From Felis catus (taxonomy: Eukaryota): a stretch of 64,000 nucleotides of DNA. A model generated the notes under the pieces. It made no database searches and was not told where the DNA came from. It worked only from the letters and a program-made list of their open reading frames with translations. How positions within the stretch are numbered: position 1 is the first letter of the stretch; every line of letters begins with the position of its first letter. Of this stretch, positions 48,877 to 61,322 are shown one piece after another. The stretch is taken from positions 6,078,001 to 6,142,000 of the forward strand of contig NC_058383.1 of the NCBI RefSeq assembly GCF_018350175.1, read 5' to 3'. The position numbers were made by a program, and so were the translations under genes.

Positions 48877-49182
48877 CTGTGATGGGGAGGACGAGGAGGC
48901 TCCTCGCCACGGGCTGGCACATCCAGCAGTCGGCAGCGGTGACCCAGACGGAGACAGGGAAGTCCCCGGGCACGTTCCCCACGGCGCGGATGGTGGAGCT
49001 GAAAGCCTCGTCAGTCTTCCCCGTGAGCAGCAGCGGGGTATGGATCCAGTGGAAGCGGTAGACGCGGGTGTTGGAGGGCAGGACCAGGCTGCCGTTTTCG
49101 TTGGCCACCAGGCTGGCTGTGATGGTCACCTCCGCCCCTGTGGTGGCAGGGCCATCGGTGGTGAGGCGGAGTTCATACAGCC
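48877..49182 (-). CDS. TMEM130: TMEM130 exon 2 ([18 protein letters not shown]...LLVLPIT)
   Basis: cttccag|GG...ACAG|gtgagg, 306 nt, symmetric phase 1-1. Confidence 0.97.
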
Positions 49183-49249
49183 CTGGAAGCCCAGAGACAA
49201 AGACTATTTCAGGAGACGTGTGACAAGGAACCCCACTGTCCCTGTCTGG

Positions 49250-49375
49250 GCTGGCTTTTATTATCCTATTCTACAAGTGGAGAAACTGAGGCCCAGGCAG
49301 CTCAAGTGACTTGCCCAAGGGTCATGTGGCTAGTTCGTTGTCAAGCTGGGATTCAAACCCAGGCCCAACTGACTC
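49250..49375. mobile_element. MIR remnant
   Basis: 'ttattatcctattctacaagtggagaaactgaggcccagg...aagtgacttgcccaagg...gggattcaaacccagg'. Confidence 0.8.
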
Positions 49376-49704
49376 CATATATTTTCTTTTTATGCCAGCC
49401 AAGCAGGGCCTTCCAGAACACAGGCCTGACCCGGCCAGACTTATTTCTCAGCTGTGAAAATAACTGCCAATGTATGTCACAGGAGGGATTAGCTGCCAAA
49501 AAATGCCCTCTATTACCTGGTCTTTTGGACCAGACTACATGTCAAACAAAACTCCAATCTGGAACACAAAGCTGAGTCTGGACTCTGTAAGAGTCCTAAC
49601 GCCTAGTGACAGAACAAGCCTTGGGACAAAGGTCCACTTTGATTCGAGCCAAGCCCTTTTCCATCGTGGTCGGTTTCTGAATCTGTAAAGGAAGAGGTTC
49701 TAGA

Positions 49705-49890
49705 TCCGCACTGGCCATACGTGGCTGTCTGAGTTTTGACTAAAGTGAAACAAAAGTTAAAGCCCACGTTCTCAGTCACGGTAGCCTCATTTCAAGCGCT
49801 CAACAGCCACGTGTGGCTAAGGGTCGCCATATTGGCACAGATACAGAATATCTTCATTATCACAGATGGTCTGACCGGACTGCATTGTTC
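49705..49890. mobile_element. MER3-like DNA transposon remnant
   Basis: 'tagcctcatttcaagcgctcaacagccacgtgtggcta...atattggcacagatacagaatatcttcattatcacaga'. Confidence 0.7.
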
Positions 49891-50187
49891 CAAGCGACCT
49901 CTGGGATTTCTGCTGGGGCCAACGCAGCAACTGTGTGACACGAGCAGTTGACTCCTTGGGGGACTTGAAATGAAATCCTGAGGATGCAGCTCTTACGGGG
50001 AACCTGGGAATTAGTCTTGCAGGATCCCAGCAGAGAACAGGGCCTTGAGCATATGGGACAGAGGTTGGGTAAGAGGCCTTTTAAGTAACACTCCCTTCCC
50101 AACTACCACATTGAAGGGAAGACTGCTTGTAAACTGAAAATAGAGAAAATTAAAAATTAAAAAAATTTATTAAAAATTAAAATAATT

Positions 50188-50408
50188 GGGGTACCTGGGT
50201 GGCTCAGTCAGTTAAGCATCCGACTCTTGGTTTCGGCTCAGGCCATGATCTCACAGTTCATGAGTTCAAGCCCCGCATCAGGCTCTGTGCTGACAGCGTG
50301 GACCCTGCTTGGGATTCTTTCTCTTCCTCTCTCTCTCTCTCTCTCTCTCTGCCCCTCCCCTACTCTCTCTCTCTCAAAATAAATAAATAAACTTAAAAAA
50401 TTAAAATA
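50188..50408 (+). mobile_element. Can-SINE
   Basis: Head 'ggggtacctgggtggctcagtc', (CT)n, A-rich tail. Confidence 0.93.
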
Positions 50409-50610
50409 ACCAGTAACAATCACTGTTACCAAATTTGGGCATGTCCTACTTAAAAAAAAAAAATATGCTCGTACTTTGGAATTACATGTTCCATTGTTTC
50501 CAATTCTGTATCATGGGCATTTTCCTAAGTCATTATTCTTTGATTGCTTTACATAGCTGCACGACATTTTGTCATACCAACAAGGTAAGATTTTTAAAAT
50601 AAGGTTTCTT

Positions 50611-50830
50611 CTGGGTGGCACAGTCGGTTAAGCGTCCGACTTCAGCCAGGTCACGATCTCGCGGTCCGTGAGTTCGAGCCCCGCGTCAGGCTCTGGGCTG
50701 ATGGCTCAGAGCCTGGAGCCTGTTTCCGATTCTGTGTCTCCCTCTCTCTCTGCCCCTCCCCCGTTCATGCTCTGTCTCTCTCTGTCCCAAAAATAAATAA
50801 ACATTGAAAAAAAAATTAAAAAAAAATAAA
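50611..50830 (+). mobile_element. Young SINEC_Fc, slightly 5'-truncated
   Basis: TSD TAAAATAAGGTTTCTT at 50595-50610 and 50831-50846. Confidence 0.95.
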
Positions 50831-50974
50831 TAAAATAAGGTTTCTTTCCGTCATAAAAGTAATACATACGTACGTGTAAAGAATAGTAGATGTGTCCCAT
50901 TATCCTACCTCCTAAGGACAACAGTTACAACCATACTGCTGTCCTCATGTCTGTTTTTCATGCACAGGAGTTTT

Positions 50975-51217
50975 TAAATTTTTTAAAATTTATTAAAAAA
51001 AATTTTTTTTAGTTTATTTATTTGAGAGAGACAGCTTGAGCAGGGGAGGGGCAGAGAAAGAGGGAGAGAGAGAATCCCAAGCAGGTTCCACACGTTAGCA
51101 CAGAGCCCGATGTGGGACTCGAACATGCGGGGCTCAAACTCTTAAAATCGTGAGATCATGACCTGAGCCAAAACTGAGAGTAGGATGCTTAACTGACTGA
51201 GCCACCCAGGCGCCCCC
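50975..51217 (-). mobile_element. Can-SINE
   Basis: Body ending 'gagccacccaggcgcccc'. Confidence 0.92.
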
Positions 51218-51355
51218 AGAAGTTTTTAATTTATTTTAATTGAGACATATTCACACTCTGCACACAATTTTGAATTATTTTCTCATGTGTCATGTCCGTG
51301 GTTGCACTAATGTGAATTTCACTATTGGCATAAGAATCCGTCAAGCCCATATATC

Positions 51356-51458
51356 TTTTTTTTTTTTTTTTTTCAAGTAAACTCAACCCCCAGCATGGGG
51401 CTTGGACTCATGAGATCAAGAGTCTCATGCCCTACTGACCGAGCCAGCCAGGAGCCCC
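51356..51458 (-). mobile_element. Short Can-SINE
   Basis: Poly-T plus 'gagatcaagagtctcatgccctactgaccgagccagccaggagcccc'. Confidence 0.8.
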
Positions 51459-51789
51459 AAGCCGGTATAGTTTGATTCACAGAACCCTTCCCTCTTGTCA
51501 ATAGCATCACTGCTGTGTCTTAGTGACTATTTTCCTGTCATTTGTAAATTTCCTCTGTAGGTGAGATTTCTGAAGGGCTCCAGGTTCAAGAGCGTCCAGC
51601 CTACGACAGCATACGCCTCACCAGAAGAAGTGATGCAGAAGGAAGGCTGGAGGGGCTGCAAGGCTCATTCTGCTCATTTATTTCACTCACTCCCACCCAC
51701 CTTCCTGGCCTCACGCACCTGCTCTCCTGGCTTTAAGCGCCTCCTAAAAGAAACCAAGTAACAGACCTACTTTCTGGGCTCCAGACCTG

Positions 51790-52005
51790 CACTAAGCAAA
51801 AGAGTAGCTACTAGCCACAGGTAATTAAGTTTAAATTAATTTGATTACTTAAAACTAACTAATACTAAAAATTCAGTTCCTCGGTTGCACTAGCCACATT
51901 TCAAGTGCTTCATAGCCAGGGGTGGTTAATAGCTACTCTTCTGGACAGCACGGATGTAGAATATTTCCTTCATCACAATGTTCCGTTGGAAGGTGCTGGC
52001 TCTAG
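51790..52005. mobile_element. MER3-like DNA transposon remnant
   Basis: 'tagctactagccaca...aaaattcagttcctcggttgcactagccacatttcaagtgct'. Confidence 0.8.
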
Positions 52006-54879
52006 ACCCTCTGGAGTTCTCCCCTCCCCATTTTCTGCCATTGCTCTCTGTTGGGCCTGGAGGGACCAGCTGTCCCAGGAATCTACCCTAGGCCCTTGTT
52101 ACTACCCCTTCCAGCCAGGCACATTTGCTTCCCCTTCATCACTACTAGCACTGCTGAAGGCCAGCATTACTGGCTTCATCCTTGGCCCTGGCCCTCGGCC
52201 TCCAGTCCTTCCCCATCTCAGCATCATCCCTCCCACCCCCACCAACAACCTTCCTCCACGATAATGTGTTCATGGACCAGCTTCAGTGTGGAGTCCAAAT
52301 TCACATCTTGGCACATCCATGCTGGGGCCGGCCACTTTAACTCTCACAGCTTCTCCCCCATGTTCTGTCCTTCCTAGCCTCAGGGTCTTTGCACATGCTG
52401 TCCTCACTGCCCTTCTCCACCTACATGTCAGGGGATGTAACCTCTTCCAGGAAGCCTTCCCTCAACCCCTCACCCCCTCAGTGCTCTCTGAACAGCTTGA
52501 GCACTCGGTGGTCCCAACCCTGAGTTGGCATGAAGGTTTCTTTGTCTCCTTTGGCAGGTGCACCACAAGCTCGAGGGTAGGGGTTATCCTCATCTCCCCA
52601 TGTGCCTAACAAAGTGCTTGGCACATAGTAGGTGTTCAACACTGCTGCTAACCGTGGCACCTGGAGAGAAGTGTGTGGCTGAGGGACCAGCCCACCTAGC
52701 AGTGTCCCAGAAGAACATTCACCCAGGTGGTACTGACTGAGCCCCTTGCCTTGTGCCCCACAAGTGCTGGGAAGGACCCAGAAGTACAGGACACCCTTCC
52801 TGCCCTCAGGGAGCTCACGAGAGACCTGCTAGACTCAGCAAATCTGGGACAAGAGCGAGTGTGAGTCCTCAGTGGCATCCCATTTGCCTTGTGGCCGCGC
52901 TACCTGCCCCCACCAGGGACTCCTGCTCCAGCCTTTCCCCTCGTCCATGTCACATATTCCCTGTTCTGAATCCCCTTCCCCAGAGCCATATTTTGGATTG
53001 TACGCTCATTTGGACTGGCACTGAAAACGGGACCTGTGGTGTCTTAATCCCAGAGAGTTCCAGATGCTATGGCAGAAATTCCTGCAAGAAAATACATTGT
53101 GTATTTTACACTGAGGGAAAGGAGTGCATTGAGGTCCCCATGGAACTACCTGGAGTCACCAAGCAGATCCGTACCCACCACCCCCTCCCCTGGGCTGAGT
53201 TCTATTCTCCCTCCCTTTGGCTGCCAGGCTTCACAGAGACCATCTCCTCCCTTCTCCCTCTTGCTCCAGCCCCCACCCCCCCCCCACCCCAGGCGAGGAG
53301 TGTGGGCCAGAGCGAGGCTGGCAGGTGGCAGGGACATTCGGCTGCATGCTAATGGCCATCCAGCATCTGCAACGAGACTGGAGACAGGCGCATGTCAGCG
53401 CTACGCAGATCCGTTGCCAGGGGAATAGAACTCACTAGAGAGCAGACTGGCTGAGAGGAGGGATGGGTGGGGGCGGGGAAGGGCTGTGGCTACAGACACT
53501 GGCCCAGCTCCTAAGAGCCCCCATACCTGTCCAGACACAAGGAGGCTCCAAGGACATTTTTTCTCAAGCTTTTTTTTTTTTTTTTTTTTTTTTAAAGCAG
53601 ATGTTTCACCCCCCTGGTGATGCTGCTCCTCTCTGTCAGGGCTCTCGGAAGGGCGCAGGGCATCCAAGTGGACCATGAAGGCTGTGCCACTTGTGGCTGA
53701 TGGAACCAAGCCCGAGTCCTATCGCCCTCCCCATCTAAACCCATCTTTTCAGGTTGGGGAGCCCAGGCGACATGGCCTTGGAGTACAGAACAGCTAAGGG
53801 AGGGGCTGAGGGGGCTCCACGGGTGCACTGAGTGACCCAGAGCTGAAAGGGTCAAAGCACAAAGCGAAGTGACCACTGACAGGAAGCCTGACCCACAGAA
53901 GCAACACTCACTCACTAGCAGGTCCCCAGGGCTTCCACTTGGAGCGCATTTTCCCTGACGACACAGCATGTGGGAACCTGGAACGTTCTAGAAAATGGCT
54001 ACATCAGTTCTTTCACATTGCCCATGTAGGTAGCCTCAAACACTTCCCAGGGTACGTCTGAAATCTGAACATAACCTGGAATTAACGAATGATCCAGGAC
54101 AAGGACTCTGGCCTACGCCTCTCGTGTGGGAGGCACCTGGTGCGGGCTGACCCAGACCCCAGGAAGAATGGAAAGGGCTTCCAAGTTTCTCTGCTTTTCC
54201 TGTGGGAGAAGGTATGCTCCCCAACCTCATTCCCAGCTCTCTGGCTCACATCACGAATAGGCCAGGCTGGAAACCACACACGATCTCCAAAAAATTAATT
54301 TACTTTTTCTTTTTCTTTTTTTTTTTTTTTTTTTAGAATTTTGGCCACCATTGATCACTTCTGGACACACGTAAACCCAATGGACAGGAGACCCCGTCTC
54401 TCTGTGGATTTCCAGGAGGGAAGCAGGTAATCCTGACCAAACATAATTCCCACAAAATTCTATTTTCATCCCTAAGATGAAATTTTTATTTTACCTTGGG
54501 GCTTTTCTTTCACAATTTTGATGAAATCTCTTCCTCTTTCTACTATTATGGGGGGGGGGGCGCGTAATGAAAAAATGTTGGATATTTAACACAAGCACAT
54601 CCCCAGAGCTGTCCACACCCCACCTGTCCCCCAACAACTCTCCAATCCGGGTCCTTTTGTTGTCACCAAAATGTGGTAGAAAGGTTAATGCTGGCCTTCC
54701 GGCGGTGGGGTTGGGGGGAGCACCCAGCAGAACCTGTCAGCTTGGGGTCCATTTTGGAAACCATTCCAAAGACGAAATGGCAGACTGGCCTCTTGGACTC
54801 TAAAATCGCAACCTCGCCAAAGTCTTCCTCGAGCGGGGATGGGGGGGGGGGTACCTCTCCAGATAAGGCGACATTTAAA

Positions 54880-55870
54880 GGCGCTGCTCCGGGGCAACCT
54901 GCCCGCGCTCCCTGGGGGGCTGTGGCGTGATGACCGACCCGCACATTCCCGGTGTCCCCGCATCGTCCTCCTCACCGATCCCCCCCCCTGCCCCCCCAAC
55001 GGCTGCGAGGTCCCCAGCCATCCCCCCGGATGCACCGGCCACCGCGCGCGGTTCCCAGGGCAGGGGCGATCCGGAGGTGGCAGCGGGAACCGAGGAGCAC
55101 GGGGAGACCCCTCGAGTGCCGGGACGACATCTGGGTTGAAGGATGGAGGGAGAGATGAAAGGGCTTCGAGGGGCCGGTTGGCCACGCTCTCCTCCGCAGC
55201 GCGCTGCGGAGGTCTCCCGGGAGGAAGGAGGTGCGCGCAGAGCGCACGGCGCCACCTCCGCGGCTGGCGGTTGGACCGCCCGCCCGAGACCGCTCCGAGG
55301 CCCAGCGGAGGGCGCGGCGCCTTACCTGCGGCCACCTCAGCCGGGGCCAAGGGCAGGAGGCAGGCGAGCCAGAGGACGCGGCTGAGGCGCGGCCAGAGGG
55401 CCGGGGCCATGGCTGCGCCGGGAGCGGCAGGAGCGCCGAGGGGACGCGGCAGTCTCGGCGGCGGCCGCTCCTCGGGGCGCGCGGGGCGGGCTGCGCGAGG
55501 AGATGCGGGCGCGGCGCTCGCTCGTCCTCGCCTCGCGACGCTGTGTCGCTGCGCGTCGCCGCCGCCCACAGCCAGCCGCGCCGACCCCGGCCCGCGTCAG
55601 CCGCGCCGCGCCCCCTCCCCGCGTCCCTCCCTCCTCTCGCCGCACCCCCTTCGGTCCGCACGAGCCCCCGCCTCCCCGAGTCCGCGCTCCCGTCGCCTGC
55701 GCCGCCTCCCCCTCCCCTCCCCTCCCCTCTTCTCCCTCTACTCCTCTCCTCCCCACGATCCTCCCCACGATCCTCCCCTCCTCTCAGCGCCCTGCGTCCG
55801 CGCCCGCCGGCTCTGACTCAGCGTCCCCTGAGGCGCGCGCACCGCTGCAAAGCCGCGCGCAGGCCCCTTT
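54880..55870. promoter_or_regulatory. TMEM130: CpG island / TMEM130 promoter and exon 1
   Basis: Very GC- and CpG-rich region spanning the first coding exon, with a pyrimidine tract at 55705-55785. Confidence 0.9.
55326..55410 (-). CDS. TMEM130: TMEM130 exon 1 coding part (signal peptide MAPALWPRLSRVLWLACLLPLAPAEVAA)
   Basis: gcagccATGG Kozak context, GCAG|gtaagg donor, 85 nt. Exon sum 85+306+160+167+85+203+113+189 = 1308 nt = 435 aa plus stop. Confidence 0.96.
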
Positions 55871-56619
55871 CGGTTCTTCTCCAGGTGCCATGTTCCCTCT
55901 TGACGCACACGATTTGGAGATGCGGCCCCTCGTTCATTTGGAGCTCTCACTGTGTGCCAGGCGCTGGGAGAAGGGCCTGCAAACGCCTCATATCCTCCCG
56001 GAGAGAGGGGCTCAGGTGCCCACCCTGAGACATGACGTTCCTCTCTGTGCTTGCTGTAAAATGGGCTCGTGCTCACACCAGGGCCCTAGCTGTCACTGAG
56101 GGGCTTGTGACACTCAGAGAACTGCAAGGAGGAGTGACCAGGCCCCTCCTTGGACACACCTTGGCCTAGGCAGGCGCTTCCACCTGCCTTAACAGAGCGG
56201 AACATGTCTTTCCTTCTGGAAGGTGGCTCTGCCTGTCTGGCCTTCAAGACTGGACACTGGTTACCAGGATCTCTGTCTCAGCTCTGCCTTTGCTTTCCTC
56301 TGTACTTGGGCAAGGGATCCCACCCAGAGGGGGTGGGGGTGGGGGTTGGATGGCCCCTCTGGCCTGGTGGGCACTGATGGGCCACTACTTGAATTGCAGC
56401 ATGGGAGTGAAGGCACCTATAGGTATGGCCTCTGTCTCTGTGACAGCTGTGGTCCCCACTGACGATGGGCCCGCTGGCCACACTGCCATCTCACCTTGAT
56501 GGAGGGGGAACAGATTGGAGTGAGCTCTCCTTCCCCCATAAAGTTAAAAATGCTAATAGGTGTCACTCCACAGAAGCATCAGTCACCAGCATGGGGACAG
56601 TACCAGGCCTAGGAACCGG

Positions 56620-56800
56620 GAGACTTTGGATCCTTCCTGAGAGTTATGTGACCTTGGGAAAGTCACTTCCTCTCAGTGCCTCACTTTCCTTTTCTTGAAA
56701 ACGGAAATACTCCCTATGACATATGTTGCCAGGATTAAACGAGTTAATGCTTAGAACAGTGCTTTGGACATTGCACTCAATCAGTGTTGGCTGTCATCAT
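56620..56800. mobile_element. MIR remnant
   Basis: 'gttatgtgaccttgggaaagtcacttcctctcagtgcctc...aggattaaacgagttaatg'. Confidence 0.75.
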
Positions 56801-56971
56801 TAGAATTGTTTACAGACCTGGGAAAGTTGTGCTTGTCCACCAGGAACTGAGAAGAAAATTGTGCTTGGAAAAAAAAGTTTGTTAAGGTTAGAAACTGAGA
56901 TTCAGATATTTAACTATTTAACATTATTCAAAGATCTGGTTATTAGTTTCTTTTAAAACAAACTAAATGCA

Positions 56972-57070
56972 GGGGCTCCAAGCTGGCTCAGTGGGTAGAG
57001 TGTATGACTCTTGACCTTAGGGTTGTTAAGTTTGAGCCCCATGTTGGGTGTAGAGATTATTTAAAAATAA
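56972..57070 (+). mobile_element. Short Can-SINE
   Basis: 'ggggctccaagctggctcagtgggtagag...ttgggtgtagagattatttaaaaa'. aactaaatgcag occurs on both flanks. Confidence 0.8.
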
Positions 57071-57239
57071 AGTCTTTAAAAATCTTTTTAAATAAATGAA
57101 CTAAATGCAGAAAACAAAATAATAAGATTTTTTTTATGTGTATCTGTATTGCATTGAATAATGTTACAGTAGTCACACATAGTCGTATCTATGTCACAGA
57201 AGCCAAATGTAAGGCCACCGTGAAACTGATACTCAGACT

Positions 57240-57560
57240 GTGAGGCTATTGGGGGAAAATACAGTATTATGAGACAGTGAATGAGAGGTGGAAGGAACAG
57301 TGGTTTTCTTATATTGGATCTTAAGAAGATTCTCTCTGAGGAGGTAACATTTGAGCTCGTCAAGGATGACAAAGAGCCAGCTCTGTGCCTCTGAGGCACA
57401 AAGGTGGGCATGATGCATAGTAAGGCAGGCCACCGTGGCTAGAATATGAAGAATGAGGTTGGGAGGTACATAGGGCCAGGGAATGAAGATGAGCTGAAAA
57501 GACTTTGGAGGGTTTTAAGCAGAGGAGGCATGGATCTAATTTACCTGATAGGGATAGAGT
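57240..57560. mobile_element. L2 remnant
   Basis: 'ctctctgaggaggtaacatttgagc...ttggagggttttaagcagaggaggcatggatctaattt'. Confidence 0.65.
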
Positions 57561-58689
57561 TGACACTGTCTCTGACCTCTAATTCAGGGGAGAGACAAGA
57601 AAAGAGATAAAAATCATTACAGTATTTTGGGTACCTTGCTAGGAGAAGCTGGGGCCATGGGAAGTGTAGGGATTTAGCCAATGTTAGAGCTAGGCTTAAC
57701 TATAGGTCTCTAGCTTGTGCAATTCATCTGAAACTTATCAAAAGATGTCTACCCTCTGCTTTTTTCTCTACCCCCTTCCCACTAAACAATATTAAACAAC
57801 AAAGTGTTTGCACACTGATTTCAGCTCTCATATTATTCAACCTTCCCCAACTTTGGACTGATTACTTTTGGGGGTGGGGAGTGATTTTGGTTGCAACTTT
57901 TTCCACAGTGGAAAAGGTGTTCTGACCCATTTTATTTCTCCCAGGGTAGAAATAAGTGACACCAAATGCATCCACTTAAAATCCCAGCACTTCAATAGAG
58001 GATTGTTCTTGGGTAGCAACGTTAAACAAGCAAGGAGCATGCTTCCGAACAGGGCTTCAGGATTTCTTGCAGGCATTACAAGTTGCCTTTACTACCAGGT
58101 GTGAAATGTATCTGTCTGGGAAGGGGATACAAAGACTTTGGTAATTTAGCGATTACAGATCCTGGAAGTGGTGGAGAGAAGTCATCACTTTAATGCTCTG
58201 TCCACCTAACCATGGGTTACCAGGAGCACTTCACTATTCAACCACTATCCTAGATGGAGTCGTAGGTGAGGCCCAACAATACTTTTCCCTTCTAAGGCCC
58301 CTTGGTCCAGCCCACGCCATCTCACCTGGGCATCAGGGCGTTATGCCCCACTCCCCTTCCTTCTCATCACTGCTCTATCCTGGTCCAGAGACATATGCCC
58401 GCCAGGTATGAGGTGACAGAGATCCTCTGCGCGGTCCAGCTTCTGGGTGATGTAGCCGCAGAACAAATGATCAGGCCGACAATCTCCGAGCAGAACACCA
58501 GGGCTTTCCTTGTTTTCCAGCCTTCGCCTTTCCAAGGCCCCTGCTTGCCTCCACCTTTCCACTGGGTTAAGAACTACCCCAGAAAAGGAAGGAGGTGGGG
58601 GAGAAAACCCCGCCCCACTGCCACGTTCAATTCAGGGATGGACTCTTCCCGGGCCTGACCGCCGCCTCCTAAGGAAGCCCCTTGGGGGC

Positions 58690-59860
58690 CCACCGCCCTG
58701 CAGCAGCCCCCGATGTCCCTACCCTACCCTCTCCGGGCCTGGCTCCTGAGGTCAGATTTAGGGCAGCAGGAGCCCAAAGACTCCCGCCACCTGCCTGCCC
58801 ACTCCAACCTTGCCGGCGGCCCCGCCCACGCAGGCGGAGGTTTAAAGGGCCGGGCCCACCCGGGCGCAACGCCCCTCCCTGCTCCCGCCGCCTGCCCAGG
58901 CCGCACCCACTTGGGGGCGGCGCGCCCGGGCCTATTTCACCCGCGGCGGGCGCGGCTGCTTTAAGCGGGGGCGGGACTGCACGGCGGCTGTGGCTGCGAG
59001 GGCTTCGCTGGGGGTCGCGGGCTGGAGCTGCAGGAGGCCGGCCGCCGAGGTGGGGGAAATCGCGGGCAGGCGCAGGCAGGCGAGGGAGGGCAGCGGAACG
59101 GCCCCAGGAGGCTCGCGCTGCTGCCCGGACCAGTGCGGCGGGGACCCGGCGTGGGGAGGCCTGTGCGGCGGCTCCGCGGAGCGACAGAGGTAGGCTCCGT
59201 ACGCCGGATCCCCCTAGGTCCCCCCACCCCAGCCCCCACCGGGGTCCAGCCCGGGAGGCGGGGGCCGGCGGCCGCCCTGTAGCCTCCGGCTGCCTGGCGG
59301 CGCTGGGGAGCTCTGGGAGGCGGACGGCTAGCGGAGCGGGAATTGGCCCTCGGCGCTCGCCGTAGCACGGCTTGGAGGGCGGACGCTGGGTGCCCGGGGA
59401 CGACGACAAAAGGAGGGAAGCGGAGAGCCGTTTGAGACCGGGAAGAGAGAGCGTGAGGTTGGGGCCCCGTTCCCCCGGAGGCGCCCCGGGCCAGCCTGGC
59501 ACCTCCCGGCCTCCACGCAGGCCCCTGGCTCGTCCGGCCCGGCGCGGAGAGCGAAGGTAGCGGCGACGACAGCGCCCCCTCTGGTCCGGCGGCGCCGCCT
59601 CAGTCGCGGCGCGGCGGGGCGGGGCGGGGCGGCCGGGCCGTTTGTCTGTGCGCGGGCGCGGCGCCGGCTCCGGCCTTCCCACCTGGGCCGGGACGCGGGC
59701 TTCCGTCGGGCCCATGGCCGGCGGCATCATCGAGCTGCTCTCCCGCAGACGGGCGGAATGGGCCGTTTTCCCTCCTCAGCCCACCCCCCACCTTCACCCT
59801 CACCCCCAGGCCCAGCAGAACGCGGGGCCTGGCCTCTTGGGGCCCCGGGCGATGGAAGAG
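58690..59860. promoter_or_regulatory. TRRAP: CpG island / TRRAP promoter with non-coding first exon
   Basis: GC/CpG-rich with GC boxes (GGGGCGGGGCGGGGCGG ~59616-59632). Lies ~2-2.8 kb upstream of the TRRAP ATG exon. Confidence 0.85.
58920..59049 (+). other. TRRAP: Candidate TRRAP non-coding exon 1 (boundaries uncertain)
   Basis: Candidate donor GAG|gtgggg after 59049. Alternatives are GAG|gtaggc (59189) and AAG|gtagcg (59556). Cannot be resolved without RNA data. Confidence 0.35.
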
Positions 59861-60644
59861 TTGACTTCGGTGAAAAAGGGGGTCCAAGGAGTTTGGGCAC
59901 GACCCGAAGTTTCGTAGGCACAGAGAGGCCCTCACCCTGACTCTCGGGTCCCCAGGGATGAGAATATGGGGGCATTCGGTGAAATGCCCGAAAGAGGAAG
60001 CAGTAAGTAGTCAGGTCTTCCAGCAGGGCTGACGGAATCCCCCTCTTCTGTCTCCGTGAGTTTTCCTGCCCGGAGCAGGAGGAGCGGGATAGAGCACCTC
60101 TCGGCGTCTTTTCTGCATCCAAGTGCTTTTTTTGGTGGTCTCGGAGACCGTGGCCAGAAGAGGCTTTGTGGAGTCAGGGTGTCCCCATCACTTGGGGCAC
60201 AAGTGTGAGCTGCAAGGGAGTACATCCGGTAGGCAGGGCTTTGCAAAGGTCGGCAGAAGAAGCAAATTAAGTCCTGAAACTGCGGCTTCGTGCCCAGTGG
60301 AATTAAACAGTTCTATACACAAGGAAGATGGGTGAAAGCAAATTCATCAGGTTCTCAAGATACTTCTGTGAGGGCTCTTAAAATTCAAACCAAGTGTCAG
60401 CCTGGAGAGGTAGCTCCTGAAGTGTGGTCATCAACGACCTGAAGCATGCATGCATGCATGCATTCATTCATTCATTCATTGAAGGAGTATTTTCTAAGTA
60501 CCTACTTTGTGCCAGCTGCAAACAAAATTTACAGCTTCCTGGGTCCCTCACTGAACCACAGTCTCTGGGTAGTGCTTGGAAGTCTGTCTTTGGCACCTGG
60601 TGATCTTAGTGCACACTGAAGTTTGAGAACCAATCACCTAAGAT

Positions 60645-61322
60645 AGAGGTTGCCAAATCCAGTCAGCTGCCTGTGTTTGTTTTTGTTTTCTTTTTTAGGA
60701 TTTTTATTTTTAAGTGATCTCTACGCCTCTGCACCCAACGTGGGGCTCGAACTTACACCCCAGAGACCGAAAGTCTCATGCTCTACTGACTGAATCAGCC
60801 AGGCGCCCCTCAGCTGTGTGTTTTTATATAGCCTGTGAACTAGGAGTGCTTTTTACCTTTTTTATTATTTTTTTAATGTTTTATTTATTTTTGAGAGAGA
60901 GAGAGACAGAGTACCCATGGGGGAGGGGCAGAGAGAGAGGGAGAGACAGAATCCGAAGCAGGCTCCAGTCTCTGGACGGTCAGCACAGAGCCCAATGTGG
61001 GGCTCGAACCCACGAACTGTGAGATCATGACCTGAGCCAAAGTTGGACGCTTAGCCGACTGAGCCACCTAGGCACCCCGGTTTTTACATTTTTAAATGGT
61101 TGAGAAAAAATCCACAGAAGAATGTTTCATGACATTTTAGAATTATATGAAATTGAAATTTCGGTGTCTATAAATAAAAGTTCTCTGGATCACAGCCATG
61201 ATTTTTTGTCTGTGGGTTGTCCATGGCTGTTTATTGGCTATAACAGAGTTAAGTGTTGTGATAGAGACTAAAAAGGCTAAAATGTTTACTTTCTGGCTTA
61301 TAGAGAGTTTGCCAACCCCTGG
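60645..61322. mobile_element. MER58B-like DNA transposon interrupted by two minus-strand Can-SINEs (~60690-60810, ~60860-61078)
   Basis: Ends 'ggttgccaaa' and 'tttgccaacccctg'. Internal 'tttttacatttttaaatggttg...ataaataaaagtt'. Confidence 0.8.

Noticed and set aside
54685..56099. Long overlapping ORFs (198-325 aa) at the TMEM130 island
   Set aside because: Stop-poor GC-rich DNA gives Arg/Pro/Gly/Ala-rich translations. Only 55326-55410 is real coding sequence.
59570..59586. CTCF motif CAGCGCCCCCTCTGGTC in the TRRAP island
   Set aside because: Only the GGGGGCGC half fits and the CCA part is out of register. Such matches are common in CpG islands.
58669..59730. 353-aa and 227-aa ORFs at the TRRAP island
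   Set aside because: CpG-island artefacts with low complexity and no recognisable domain.
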